DNA of 64,000 bases from Candidatus Omnitrophota bacterium (GCA_050012075.1 JBEKHW010000002.1:126889-190888); one strand, 5' to 3'. Counted from the stretch's first letter, positions 1 through 10,372 are shown. A program made the numbers and translations. Notes: generated by a model from the letters alone, not told the origin.

Positions 1-2
1 AG

Positions 3-677
3 ATTTTAGAGGCTGCGTATTCGGCTAAGGTTAAAAAATTTATTTGGCTAAGCAGCAATGCCGCTTATCCGCCATCGGCGGACAGGCCGGTTAGGGAAGA
101 TGAGATGTTTGATGCCGATCCATACGACGTGTATTTCGGCGTAGGGTGGATGAAGAGGTTTACTGAAATTTTGTGCCGTCTTTATTCGCAAAAACTTAAA
201 AATCCCATGCCTTGTGTTATTGTGCGGCCTTCCAATATATACGGCCCGTATGATGATTTTGATTTCGCGACTTCCCACATGATGGCGGCTACCATTAGAA
301 AGGTTATTGAAAGAAACTCTCCAATCAGGATATGGGGGACAGGTGATGATGTGCGGGACTTGATTTATATCGATGATTTTATTGATGGGTTAATTTTAGC
401 CGCCGAGAAAATTCCTCTCTTTGATTGCGTGAATGTTGCTCAAGGAAAGGCTTACAGTGTAAAAGAGATCCTGCAGGTCGCATTAGATATCGATGGATAT
501 AAAAATGCAGATATCGTATTCGATACAACCAAGCCATCGATGATCCCGGTAAGATTGATTGATGTAAGCAAAGCAGAGAAGATGTTGGGTTTTAGGGCGA
601 AAACGGACATACGGGAAGGTATTATTAAGACAATCGGCTGGTATAGGAATAGTTACAGGGCAAAAGTAAACTCTTAA
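3..677 (+). CDS. NAD-dependent epimerase/reductase, GDP-L-fucose synthase-like (5'-partial)
   Basis: Frame is open from position 3 (ILEAAYSAKVKKFIWLSSNAAYP). RPSNIYGPYDDF, SH, IWGTG..RDLIY motifs of extended SDRs. Confidence 0.8.
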   Translation: MLEAAYSAKVKKFIWLSSNAAYPPSADRPVREDEMFDADPYDVYFGVGWMKRFTEILCRLYSQKLKNPMPCVIVRPSNIYGPYDDFDFATSHMMAATIRKVIERNSPIRIWGTGDDVRDLIYIDDFIDGLILAAEKIPLFDCVNVAQGKAYSVKEILQVALDIDGYKNADIVFDTTKPSMIPVRLIDVSKAEKMLGFRAKTDIREGIIKTIGWYRNSYRAKVNS

Positions 678-687
678 GGAGACCATC

Positions 688-1689
688 ATGATTATAACGC
701 GAACTCCTTTGCGTATTTCGTTCTTTGGCGGGGGGACAGATTACCCCGCCTGGTATAAGGAAAACGGAGGTGCAGTTTTAAATACTACCATAAATAAATA
801 TTGTTATATCAGCTGCCGCTATCTTCCGCCGTTCTTTAGCTATAAGTATCGGATAAGATATGTGGAACGCGAGGAAACGCAGACAATTGACGAGATTAAG
901 CATAATTCCGTGCGTGAATGTTTAAAATTCTTGAATATCGAGCATGGCATTGAAATGGTGCATACCAGTGATATTCCTGCGAGGTCAGGCGTTGGTTCAA
1001 GTTCTGCTTTTACTGTCGGTTTTTTACAAGCCCTGAACGCCCTTAAAGGAAGAATGGTAACCAAAAGGCAATTAGCACGGGACGCAATTAATGTAGAGCA
1101 TAATTTAATTAAAGAGAATGTAGGCTCACAGGATCAAGTTGCCGTTGCTTTCGGCGGCCTGAACAAAATAGAATTTGGAGGAGAAGGAAATGAGTTTTAT
1201 GTGAGCCCCATAACAATATCTAAAGAAAGAATAGACTTATTCCAGAGCCACCTGATGTTATTTTTTACCGGATTTTCCAGAAATGCTTCTGACATAGCAG
1301 GAGAGCAGATTAAAAAAACCCCGGTGCTAAAAAATGAACTTCATCAACTGAAAGGGATGGTAGATAAAGCGATTGATATACTTAATATTGATTCATGCGA
1401 TATCAAGGGTTTTGGCAAATTACTGCATGAGTCTTGGCAAATTAAACGCAGCCTTACGCATATGATATCTACTGATGAAATCGATACTATTTATGAAACT
1501 GCGCGCAGGGCAGGAGCCCTGGGAGGGAAGTTATTAGGCGCCGGAGGGGGAGGATTTATTCTTTTGTTTGCAGAGCCAGCTATTCAATACAAGATAAAAG
1601 AAAAGCTAAAAAATATTCTCTATGTGCCTTTTGCTTTCGAGAAATTAGGAAGCCAGGTTATTATGTATTCTACTCAGGATTTCTATTAA
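688..1689 (+). CDS. hddA: D-glycero-D-manno-heptose 7-phosphate kinase (GHMP family)
   Basis: MIITRTPLRISFFGGGTDYP start, PARSGVGSSS GHMP motif, GGKLLGAGGGGF. Confidence 0.85.
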   Translation: MIITRTPLRISFFGGGTDYPAWYKENGGAVLNTTINKYCYISCRYLPPFFSYKYRIRYVEREETQTIDEIKHNSVRECLKFLNIEHGIEMVHTSDIPARSGVGSSSAFTVGFLQALNALKGRMVTKRQLARDAINVEHNLIKENVGSQDQVAVAFGGLNKIEFGGEGNEFYVSPITISKERIDLFQSHLMLFFTGFSRNASDIAGEQIKKTPVLKNELHQLKGMVDKAIDILNIDSCDIKGFGKLLHESWQIKRSLTHMISTDEIDTIYETARRAGALGGKLLGAGGGGFILLFAEPAIQYKIKEKLKNILYVPFAFEKLGSQVIMYSTQDFY

Positions 1690-1690
1690 A

Positions 1691-2395
1691 ATGAAAAATC
1701 TTGATGTTGTAATCTTATGCGGAGGCAAGGGAAAACGCCTGCAGGCATTTATTAAAGACAGGCCGAAACCCATGGCAGAGATAAATGGCCGGCCTTTTCT
1801 GGATATACTTTTTGATTATGTATCAGGTTATGGCGCTAAACGTATTATTCTCTGCGCAGGATATATGGCAGATGTTATACGCAGTTATTATCGCAATAAA
1901 AATCTGACATTTGAACTGGTCATATCGGAAGAAAAAGTCCCTCTTGGAACCGGGGGCGCAATCAGGGATTCCCAGGGATTGGTTAAAACCAGCAGTTTAT
2001 TGGTGATGAATGGAGATTGTTTCTGCCCAATAAATCTAAATAATTTTGTTGGTTTCCATGAACACAATAAAGCATTATTATCAATAGCCGTTACCGAGAC
2101 GGATAATCCAGCGGATTACGGTTCCATTCTTTTGGACAAAGATAATAAAATCATCAGGTTTGGCGAAAAAGACAACAGTGCGAAATCGTTGATTAATACC
2201 GGTATGTATCTATTCAAAAAAGATGTTTTATCATTGATTCCAAACAAGACTCCTTGTTCCCTTGAATATGATTTCTTTCCTAATCTGGTCGGGAAAGATT
2301 TTTATGGTTTTATTATACAGGAGCCTTTTATTGATATTGGGACTCCTGAGCGTTTCAAACAGGCGCAAGGATTATTAGGTAAATTGCGGAAGTAG
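1691..2395 (+). CDS. hddC: Sugar-1-phosphate nucleotidyltransferase, likely heptose-1-phosphate guanylyltransferase
   Basis: LCGGKGKRL, PKPM, PLGTGGA, DIGTPE motifs; adjacent to hddA. Confidence 0.75.
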   Translation: MKNLDVVILCGGKGKRLQAFIKDRPKPMAEINGRPFLDILFDYVSGYGAKRIILCAGYMADVIRSYYRNKNLTFELVISEEKVPLGTGGAIRDSQGLVKTSSLLVMNGDCFCPINLNNFVGFHEHNKALLSIAVTETDNPADYGSILLDKDNKIIRFGEKDNSAKSLINTGMYLFKKDVLSLIPNKTPCSLEYDFFPNLVGKDFYGFIIQEPFIDIGTPERFKQAQGLLGKLRK

Positions 2396-2423
2396 TATCC
2401 GGGTTCCTATATTAGCGTATAAC

Positions 2424-3938
2424 ATGCCATTTATTACTAAAAAATTAGTCATCAAGAATTCCATTTTAAATATAAGTGGCCAATTTGTTCCTCTGCTTGT
2501 TACTTTTTTTACTGTCCCATATATTATTAGCCATCTTGGCATGGGCCGGTTTGGCGTGTTTGTCATAGTGCGCACTATTATTGACTATTTTAGCGTATTC
2601 GATTGCGGGCTCGGTACCGCCACAACTAAATTCATTGCGGATGCATTGGGTAAAGATAATAAATTAGATATTAGTAAAGTGTATTGGACCTCTGTATTTT
2701 TAATTTTTTGTTTAGGGGTTATCGGCGTATGCCTTTTTTGCATTTTTGTCCCCGCATTATCAGCCCGTTTTTTTATCGTCAGTTCTAATTTATTGCCGGA
2801 AATGTCGGCAATAGCTATCATTGCATCTCCGACTATATTATTTTTACTTGTTAAATCTGTGTTCATCGGGACGGCGCAGGCTTATCAGAGATTCGATATT
2901 GTCAATATTATTACTATACCAAATATAATCTGTTCAGCCCTCGCACCGGTTTTGGTGCTTTTTAAGGGAGGGGGCCTGAAAGAAATTATCATATGGTTGG
3001 TGATTGTAGAATTTATTTTTACTATGATTTGGTATCTGGTCAGTTTAAGGATTATTCCCGAACGTAAATTCCGAGGGTTTCTTGCTTTTTCGCCTTTTAA
3101 AGAAATCGTCATCTTTGGTTTTTGGTTACTTGTTCAAAGGATCATGAATTGGATCCAATTTAATGCCCACACCATCATAATTGGAATGCTCATTTCTGTT
3201 TCTATGGTTGGATACTACAGCGTTCCTTATTCGCTCGCCACTAAGATTGGATTAATTGGAGCTGGTATCGCCCCTGTTATTTTTCCTGCTGCGAGCCTTT
3301 TTGATGGAGTAAGCCAAGAGAAAACAAAGCGCCTATTCCATGCTTCTTTGAAATATATGATGGTATTATATGGACTGGGGTGTTTATTGTTGTTAGTATT
3401 TGCAAAGGAAATACTTATTTTGTGGGTAGGGAATGATTTTATAAAAAGTGTTTTTGTTACGCAACTTCTTGCTGTGTCGATATTCCTGGGAGGTATTTCA
3501 TGGATTTTTTCAATTTTTATCCAAATCAATAATCCACGTTTCCTATCTTTATTTTCATCTATAACGGTGCCTTGTTATCTATTTGTATTGTGGTTTCTAA
3601 CAAAGAAATTCAGTTTTAATGGTTGTGGATACGCTTGGCTCTTTTTATCTATCACAGGCACAGTTACATATGGCATTTATTTTATCAGGAAAGGATACAT
3701 TACAAGGCCGCATAAGATTGATTTGAAGCTATTATTAGGTATTCTTTGTCTCATTCCATGCCTGCTTTTAAATTTACTTATTAAGCATGTTGGAAATATG
3801 AATATACCAGTCATTTTCGGCAATATCACGATCTTAATAATTGGTTATTCTGTAGTGAGTTGGATTTTCTTTTTAGGCCAGGAGGAGAAGAGCTTTTTTG
3901 TCTTAAAAATCAAAAATTCATTGCCCTTAAATCATTAA
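2424..3938 (+). CDS. wzx: Polysaccharide flippase
   Basis: Multi-TM 504-aa protein with KNSILN..GQ and FDCGL MOP-family N-terminus; cluster context. Confidence 0.8.
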   Translation: MPFITKKLVIKNSILNISGQFVPLLVTFFTVPYIISHLGMGRFGVFVIVRTIIDYFSVFDCGLGTATTKFIADALGKDNKLDISKVYWTSVFLIFCLGVIGVCLFCIFVPALSARFFIVSSNLLPEMSAIAIIASPTILFLLVKSVFIGTAQAYQRFDIVNIITIPNIICSALAPVLVLFKGGGLKEIIIWLVIVEFIFTMIWYLVSLRIIPERKFRGFLAFSPFKEIVIFGFWLLVQRIMNWIQFNAHTIIIGMLISVSMVGYYSVPYSLATKIGLIGAGIAPVIFPAASLFDGVSQEKTKRLFHASLKYMMVLYGLGCLLLLVFAKEILILWVGNDFIKSVFVTQLLAVSIFLGGISWIFSIFIQINNPRFLSLFSSITVPCYLFVLWFLTKKFSFNGCGYAWLFLSITGTVTYGIYFIRKGYITRPHKIDLKLLLGILCLIPCLLLNLLIKHVGNMNIPVIFGNITILIIGYSVVSWIFFLGQEEKSFFVLKIKNSLPLNH

Positions 3939-3959
3939 TGATTAGAAAAGGAACTTAAA

Positions 3960-4925
3960 ATGCTACCAGACAAAATTGACAATCAACATCCAAAATTATC
4001 AATTATAACGGTTTCCTTAAACCAGGGGAGATTTTTAAGGCAAATGATAGAGTCTGTTTTGAACCAGTCATACAGTAATTATGAGCATATTGTTGTAGAC
4101 GGGGGCTCCACAGATAAAACTATTGAAATATTAAAAGAATATCCTCATATTAAGTGGATATCTGAGAAAGATGACTCAGCGGCTGAAGCTTTTACAAAAG
4201 CGACCTCAATGTTAAAGGGTGAATATGTGATTCAATGCTGCGTATCGGATGGGTTTTTAAATAAAGACTGGTTCCGTTTGTGTGTGGAGGTGCTGGATAA
4301 TAATCATGATGTATCATTAGTTTGGGGGTTACCGCAGTATATGACTGAAGAAGGTAATCTGGAGAGGATAACAACTCCGGAATATTTTTGTGAGCCACCG
4401 CCTCAAAAAAAAGATTTTCTTGGGTTTTGGCTGGCTACGGGGCATGTAATGTATGAAGGGAATCAATGCACCCGCAGGGATGTATATGCGAGATGTTTCC
4501 CGCCAACGCTTCAGGATTGCAGGTTTAACGGTAATACTCAGTTTGATTTCGTTTATAATTTCATGACATCAGGGTATCTGCCTAATTTTGTGCCGGTCAT
4601 TGCGAATTACGGTAGGATCCACTCTGATGCGCAAGGGCATTCGGAGAAGATGAAAGCGATGGCATTGATTGCTTATAAAGGATACATGAAGGCGATTACT
4701 GAATACCGGAATAAACTTTTTAAAATGCAGATAAAACATTATTTTCGTGACAGCGCTTCGCAGGTCATTTCGGAACTTACCAAATCCGAAATCATTTCAT
4801 GCCGCAGGAGGTTTTATAAAACCAAGATGAAGGTGATTGCCAACTATTCTATTTATGAATTAATGAAATTTGTTTTAAGGAAATGCCATTTATTTAAACT
4901 GAGAAAATGGTTGAGTTCATATTAA
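3960..4925 (+). CDS. Glycosyltransferase family 2
   Basis: SIITVSLNQ...SVLNQSY...VVDGGSTD. Confidence 0.85.
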   Translation: MLPDKIDNQHPKLSIITVSLNQGRFLRQMIESVLNQSYSNYEHIVVDGGSTDKTIEILKEYPHIKWISEKDDSAAEAFTKATSMLKGEYVIQCCVSDGFLNKDWFRLCVEVLDNNHDVSLVWGLPQYMTEEGNLERITTPEYFCEPPPQKKDFLGFWLATGHVMYEGNQCTRRDVYARCFPPTLQDCRFNGNTQFDFVYNFMTSGYLPNFVPVIANYGRIHSDAQGHSEKMKAMALIAYKGYMKAITEYRNKLFKMQIKHYFRDSASQVISELTKSEIISCRRRFYKTKMKVIANYSIYELMKFVLRKCHLFKLRKWLSSY

Positions 4926-4926
4926 T

Positions 4927-5736
4927 ATGATAGATGTTTGTAATATATTTAAAAAGCTTTATTGGCTTATGAGTGTTCAATTCGGAATTGATTTAAGAAA
5001 AACATTCCGTGCTTTTTTGGGTTTTCCACGCTATATAAGGGATTTATTCCGATTTCGTTGTAACTATCGTGGCCGCCTTAATCTCTTGCCTTGTCTACAT
5101 GATTGGACTGAAGAGGACGAAGCAACTAAGAATGAGTACTTTTGGCAGGATTTATTAGTGGCAAGATGGATTTTTAAAGCTAATCCAGTTAAGCATGTGG
5201 ATATCGGTTCGCGTGTGGATGGGTTTGTTGCCCATGTAGCCAGCTTTCGAGAAATCGAAGTGTTCGATATCAGGCCAATTACAACACCAATACCAGGCAT
5301 TATATTCAGGCAGGCCGATCTTATGAAACCTGTGGAAGGAATGGCAGGTTATTGTGATTCTCTTTCCTGTCTTCATGCGCTGGAACACTTTGGCTTGGGC
5401 CGGTATGGTGATCCGCTTGACCCTAAAGGATTTGAGCGTGGTCTAGCCAATATGGCATCTTTGTTGAAGACAGAAGGGACTTTTTATTTATCTGTTCCTA
5501 TCGGTTCCCAACGAGTTGAGTTTAATGCGCACCGAGTTTTTGATCCCCGTGTTATTTTTAATCTTGCCATTGAAAATTCGCTAAAGCTGTCCGCTCTTAC
5601 CTTGATCCGTGATGGATGGAGGTTAGAGGAGGTTTTAGCTCCCGAAGAGAGGTTTTCCGATTTAGCAGGGGAGCGTTATGCCTTAGGGGTATTCACTTTT
5701 AAAAAATTTTCTAAAGCAATCAGTCAGCCAAGTTAA
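4927..5736 (+). CDS. DUF268-type SAM-dependent methyltransferase-like protein
   Basis: HVDIGSRVDGF and SCLHALEHFGLGRYGDPLD motifs. Confidence 0.7.
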   Translation: MIDVCNIFKKLYWLMSVQFGIDLRKTFRAFLGFPRYIRDLFRFRCNYRGRLNLLPCLHDWTEEDEATKNEYFWQDLLVARWIFKANPVKHVDIGSRVDGFVAHVASFREIEVFDIRPITTPIPGIIFRQADLMKPVEGMAGYCDSLSCLHALEHFGLGRYGDPLDPKGFERGLANMASLLKTEGTFYLSVPIGSQRVEFNAHRVFDPRVIFNLAIENSLKLSALTLIRDGWRLEEVLAPEERFSDLAGERYALGVFTFKKFSKAISQPS

Positions 5737-5755
5737 AAAAAGAAAGGTTATTACT

Positions 5756-6868
5756 ATGAATGTTCTAGTAACTGGAGGTATGGGATTTTTAGGTTCGCAT
5801 TTAGTCGATGCTTTAATTAAAAAAAATTATGAAGTAGTGAGTTTTGATAACTTAGAAAAGCAAGTTCATCAAGGTAAGAAGCCAGGGTATCTTAACAAGG
5901 GCGCCCGCTATATTATTGGCGATATGCGCAACAAAAATAAGCTAAAAAAAGCTCTAAAAAAGGCGGAAATTGTCTTTCATCAAGCAGCTATGGTAGGAGT
6001 AGGACAGTCTATGTATGAGGTTTCAAAGTATATACATTCCAATAGCTATGGAACCGCCAATCTTTTAGATATACTCGTCAACGAAAAGCATAAAGTTAGA
6101 AAACTTATTGTTGCCAGTTCTATGAGTATATATGGTGAAGGAGCTTATGAATGCAGGGATTGCGGAAAGGTTTATCCTAATCAAAGAAGCATCGCTTCCA
6201 TGAAGCAAAGAAGGTGGGAGCTGTATTGCCCTGACTGCAACCGAGAGCTCAAGCCCATTCCTACAGATGAAGATAAGCCGGTATTTCCGACTTCTATTTA
6301 TGCTTATTCTAAGAAAGAACAGGAGGATTTATCGTTATTGATAGGGAAAACCTACGGTATTCCTACGGTAGCTTTAAGATATTTTAACATATATGGGACC
6401 AGGCAATCTCTCTCAAATCCCTATACGGGAGTTTGCGCCATATTTTCAGGCATGATAAAAAATAATCACGCTCCTGTTATTTATGAAGATGGTTTACAAT
6501 CAAGGGATTTTATCAACGTTAGAGATGTCGTGGATGCAAATATCTTTGTGATGGATAATCCTAAAGCTGATTATCAGGCCTTTAATGTTGGCACCGGAAG
6601 ATCCACAACTATACTTGAAATTGCAGATTTGCTTATTAAGTTGCATAAGAAGGATTTAAGGCCTAAAGTAACAAACGGCTATAGAAAAGGCGATATTCGT
6701 CATTGCTACGCCGATATATCAAAGCTTAAAAAATTGGGTTTTGAACCAAAAATTAGCTTTGAAAAAGGAATGAAGGAACTCATAGAATGGGCAAGGTTTA
6801 TTAAGGCAAAAGATAAGGTGGAACTGGCAGATTCTAAATTAATGAATAAAGGTTTAAGGGTTATTTAA
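5756..6868 (+). CDS. NAD-dependent epimerase/dehydratase with Cys4 insert
   Basis: TGGMGFLG, YAYSK (YxxxK); insert CRDC...CPDC. Confidence 0.85.
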   Translation: MNVLVTGGMGFLGSHLVDALIKKNYEVVSFDNLEKQVHQGKKPGYLNKGARYIIGDMRNKNKLKKALKKAEIVFHQAAMVGVGQSMYEVSKYIHSNSYGTANLLDILVNEKHKVRKLIVASSMSIYGEGAYECRDCGKVYPNQRSIASMKQRRWELYCPDCNRELKPIPTDEDKPVFPTSIYAYSKKEQEDLSLLIGKTYGIPTVALRYFNIYGTRQSLSNPYTGVCAIFSGMIKNNHAPVIYEDGLQSRDFINVRDVVDANIFVMDNPKADYQAFNVGTGRSTTILEIADLLIKLHKKDLRPKVTNGYRKGDIRHCYADISKLKKLGFEPKISFEKGMKELIEWARFIKAKDKVELADSKLMNKGLRVI

Positions 6869-6939
6869 TCAGGCCGCCAGTATATATCAAATTTTAATTT
6901 GATAATGTTAGTTAATAATAAAATTTATGAGGAGGTAAA

Positions 6940-7911
6940 ATGACGAAACAAAGGAAGATAGCTCTTGTTTGTGGGGCAGGCGGTTTTATAGGCTCCCATC
7001 TTGTTAACTTTTTGAAAAGCGAAGGCTGCTGGGTTCGTGGCGTAGATTTAAAATATCCTGAATTCAGTAAGTCATCCGCGGATGAGTTTATTATAGGAGA
7101 TCTTCGTAGCACAATTTTTTGTGAAAAAATCGTAGATAAATCTTTTGACGAAGTATATCAACTAGCAGCTGATATGGGAGGGGCAGGATATATTTTTACA
7201 GGAGAACACGATGCAGATGTTATGCATAATTCCGCGATGATTAATCTTAATATGGTTGATATAGGCAGAAGAAGAAAAGTAGGTAAGATTTTCTATTCTT
7301 CATCAGCTTGCATATACCCTTTTCATAATCAACAAGACCCTGAAAATCCTAATTGTTCTGAGAATTCAGCATATCCTGCTGCGCCTGATAGCGAATATGG
7401 TTGGGAAAAATTATTCAGCGAGCGCCTTTATTTATCATATTACCGTAATTATAAGTTAGAAGTTAGGATAGCCCGTCTTCATAATATTTTTGGCCCAGAG
7501 GGATCATGGAATAACGGAAAAGAGAAGGCGCCTGCAGCAATTTGTAGAAAAGTTGCAGAGGCCCCTGATAGTGCCTCTATAGAAATATGGGGCGATGGGA
7601 AGCAAACCAGGTCGTTTCTTTATATAGATGAATGTATAGAAGCAGTTGCGCGATTAATGAAATCTGATTTTACCGGACCAGTTAATATTGGTTCAGAGGA
7701 AATGATTTCTATTAATGGTTTAGCAAAATTAGTGATGGAAATAGCTGGTAAAAATTTGAAAATTAATAATATTCCCGGGCCCCTTGGTGTTAGGGGTAGA
7801 AGATCTGATAATGCGTTAATTTTTGAAAAGCTTAAATGGAAACCATCTATGTCGTTAAAAGATGGCCTTTCCAAAACTTATACTTGGATTTCAGATAAAG
7901 TTAAACACTAG
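6940..7911 (+). CDS. GDP-mannose 3,5-epimerase-like SDR
   Basis: GAGGFIG, LAADMGGAGYI, SSACIYP, YGWEK, KEKAPAAICRK, PGPLGVRGR typical of GME. Confidence 0.8.
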   Translation: MTKQRKIALVCGAGGFIGSHLVNFLKSEGCWVRGVDLKYPEFSKSSADEFIIGDLRSTIFCEKIVDKSFDEVYQLAADMGGAGYIFTGEHDADVMHNSAMINLNMVDIGRRRKVGKIFYSSSACIYPFHNQQDPENPNCSENSAYPAAPDSEYGWEKLFSERLYLSYYRNYKLEVRIARLHNIFGPEGSWNNGKEKAPAAICRKVAEAPDSASIEIWGDGKQTRSFLYIDECIEAVARLMKSDFTGPVNIGSEEMISINGLAKLVMEIAGKNLKINNIPGPLGVRGRRSDNALIFEKLKWKPSMSLKDGLSKTYTWISDKVKH

Positions 7912-7922
7912 GCAACTCAATA

Positions 7923-8825
7923 ATGATTATAATGAAATTACAAGGAGGTTTAGGAAATCAGCTTTTTCAATACGCAATGGGCCGCAGCCTTTCATTAAAG
8001 AAAAATACTTTAATGAAAATAGACGCGATTTCAGGGTTTAAAAATGATATTTATGGTAGAACATACTCCTTGGGGCATTTTAATATTATTGAGGATTTTG
8101 CCCAAGAGGATGAGATATCAAATATTAACAAAACAGGTTTTTATAAATATATTGATAAAATTTTAAACATAACCAAGCTGTATTATAAACGTTCGATTAT
8201 TATCGAACCGGAAAAACATCATTTTACTTATGATAAAAATTTATTACTTACGGAAGATAATATTTATTTAAATGGCTATTGGCAGAATGAAAATTATTTC
8301 GTAGATATTGCAGATACTATTCGAAAAGAATTTACATTACGGTCTACCCCCGATCCCATAAACCAAAGAATTGCGCAAGAAATAATTAACGAGAACTCGG
8401 TATCTTTACATTTACGCCGACTCCATGGTATTAGCGCTGATAGAAAAACAGTGGTTAAAGAAGCTGTTAAATTGCATGGGGCTTGTTCGCTCGAGTATTA
8501 CTATGCCGCAATTAAAGAATTAGCAGGAGTTATTAAAAACCCACATTTTTTTATTTTTTCAGATGATCATAATTGGGCACAAAAGCATATAAAAATAGAC
8601 TATCCTGTTACCTTTATTATACATAATGATGCCTCTAATGCTTATAAAGATTTATGGTTAATGACGCTATGTAAACATTATATCATAGCAAATAGCAGTT
8701 TTAGCTGGTGGGGTGCATGGTTATCAAATAATTCAAATAAGATAGTTTTTGCGCCAAAAAGGTGGGATATTCTTGATAAGCCCTGCATAGAAGATATAAC
8801 TCCACCTTCTTGGCATAGGATTTAA
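7923..8825 (+). CDS. Alpha-1,2-fucosyltransferase family (GT11)
   Basis: GGLGNQLFQYA, GYWQ, SLHLRR, FSDD, NSSFSWWGAWL. Confidence 0.9.
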   Translation: MIIMKLQGGLGNQLFQYAMGRSLSLKKNTLMKIDAISGFKNDIYGRTYSLGHFNIIEDFAQEDEISNINKTGFYKYIDKILNITKLYYKRSIIIEPEKHHFTYDKNLLLTEDNIYLNGYWQNENYFVDIADTIRKEFTLRSTPDPINQRIAQEIINENSVSLHLRRLHGISADRKTVVKEAVKLHGACSLEYYYAAIKELAGVIKNPHFFIFSDDHNWAQKHIKIDYPVTFIIHNDASNAYKDLWLMTLCKHYIIANSSFSWWGAWLSNNSNKIVFAPKRWDILDKPCIEDITPPSWHRI

Positions 8826-8905
8826 TGAATAGTTCCTTAGTAAGCGTAATAGTACCTTGTTATAACGGAGAAAAATTTATTAAAGAAGCATTAGAGATGG
8901 ATTAA
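8825..8905 (+). pseudogene. 26-codon N-terminal remnant of a GT2 gene
   Basis: MNSSLVSVIVPCYNGEKFIKEALEMD* matches a GT2 N-terminus; ATG overlaps the upstream TAA. Confidence 0.8.
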
Positions 8906-8932
8906 CAGGTTAATTTAATAATAGATAATAAA

Positions 8933-10372
8933 ATGAGAAGGATCAGGAAAGCGCTCTTATTTATTCCTCCGGCAATAACATTCAAAGACTGGATAGATAT
9001 AAACCCCCTGCCTCCGCTGGGGTTGGGGTATATAGGGGCAGTCCTTGAAGATAGCGGCATAGAAGTTAAAATAGTTGATTGTCTAATGGAGGGCTGGGAT
9101 AATCGGGTTGAAATAGGAAAAAATTTGCTAAGGATAGGTTTGTCTTTCGAGGAAATAGAAAATGTAATTATGGCTTATGGGCCTGATATAATAGGAGTCA
9201 ATAATCTGTTTACCAAGCAACGTGCCAATGCCCACAAGATTTATGAAGTCGCCAAAACAATAGATAAAGGCATAATAACTATTGCCGGGGGAGCGCATCC
9301 TACGGTAATGCCGGAGCTCGTTTTATCTGACACGAAAGTTGACTATGTGATTTTGGGGGAAGGAGAGCGCGCTATCGTTAGCTTAGTGCGCTCTATAGAG
9401 GGTAAACAAGATATCTCTGGATTGGATGGAGTTGGGTATAGGTCAAATGGACGGCTTATAATATTGCCCAAGACAAAGTTCATAGAAGATTTGGATAGTT
9501 TGCCGTTTCCGGCTATGCATCTTTTGAATATAGAAAAATATTTCGGCTTGAAATCTTCTCATGGTACTAGAAGGAAAAATAAATTCTCTCCCATCATAAC
9601 TTCAAGAGGATGCCCGGCAAAATGCACGTTTTGCTCAGCATCTTCGGTTTGGGGTAGGGGGTTTAGGCCCCGCTCACCGGAGAATGTGATAAGAGAATTA
9701 AAACTCCTTAAGACGAGATATGGTATTGAAGAGATAATGTTTGAAGACGATAACTTGACACTTGACCCTAAAAGAGCGGAAGCCATATTTGACGGCATTA
9801 CGCGAGAGAAGCTGAATTTAGAATGGGATACCCCTAACGGCGTTGCTGCATGGACATTAAGCGAAAAACTTATATACAAGATGAAACAAAGCGGTTGCCG
9901 TACAATAAATTTTGCTATCGAGTCAGGGAACCAATATGTCCTAGATAATATAATAAAAAAGCCGCTAATCTTAAAGAAAGTCAAGCCCCTGGTTAAATAT
10001 GCAAAAAAAATAGGATTAAATGTTGGGATATTTTTAGTGATGGGGATGCCGCATGAGACCGCAGAACAAATATGGGATAGCTTTCGCCTGGCAGAAGAGC
10101 TGGGCATTTTTACTCCTCATATATCAGTAGCGACCCCATATCCAGGTTCAGAACTTTATGATATCTGTAGAGAAGAGGGATTATTGCGTCCTGATTTTTC
10201 TCTGGATGACTTATATATCAGGAGTTTCTCCATATCTACACCTGAATTGAGTAACAAACAGCTGAAGAAAACTATTTCAGAAGGGGAAAAGTATCTATTA
10301 TTCTCCTCTTTAAAGAAAAAACCTTTTATGTTTTTAAGAACCCTTTTGGGAAAATTTATTAAGAATAAATGA
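8933..10372 (+). CDS. Cobalamin-binding radical SAM protein
   Basis: PPLGLGYI, GGAHPT, GEGE B12-binding domain; SRGCPAKCTFC (CxxxCxxC). Confidence 0.9.
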   Translation: MRRIRKALLFIPPAITFKDWIDINPLPPLGLGYIGAVLEDSGIEVKIVDCLMEGWDNRVEIGKNLLRIGLSFEEIENVIMAYGPDIIGVNNLFTKQRANAHKIYEVAKTIDKGIITIAGGAHPTVMPELVLSDTKVDYVILGEGERAIVSLVRSIEGKQDISGLDGVGYRSNGRLIILPKTKFIEDLDSLPFPAMHLLNIEKYFGLKSSHGTRRKNKFSPIITSRGCPAKCTFCSASSVWGRGFRPRSPENVIRELKLLKTRYGIEEIMFEDDNLTLDPKRAEAIFDGITREKLNLEWDTPNGVAAWTLSEKLIYKMKQSGCRTINFAIESGNQYVLDNIIKKPLILKKVKPLVKYAKKIGLNVGIFLVMGMPHETAEQIWDSFRLAEELGIFTPHISVATPYPGSELYDICREEGLLRPDFSLDDLYIRSFSISTPELSNKQLKKTISEGEKYLLFSSLKKKPFMFLRTLLGKFIKNK

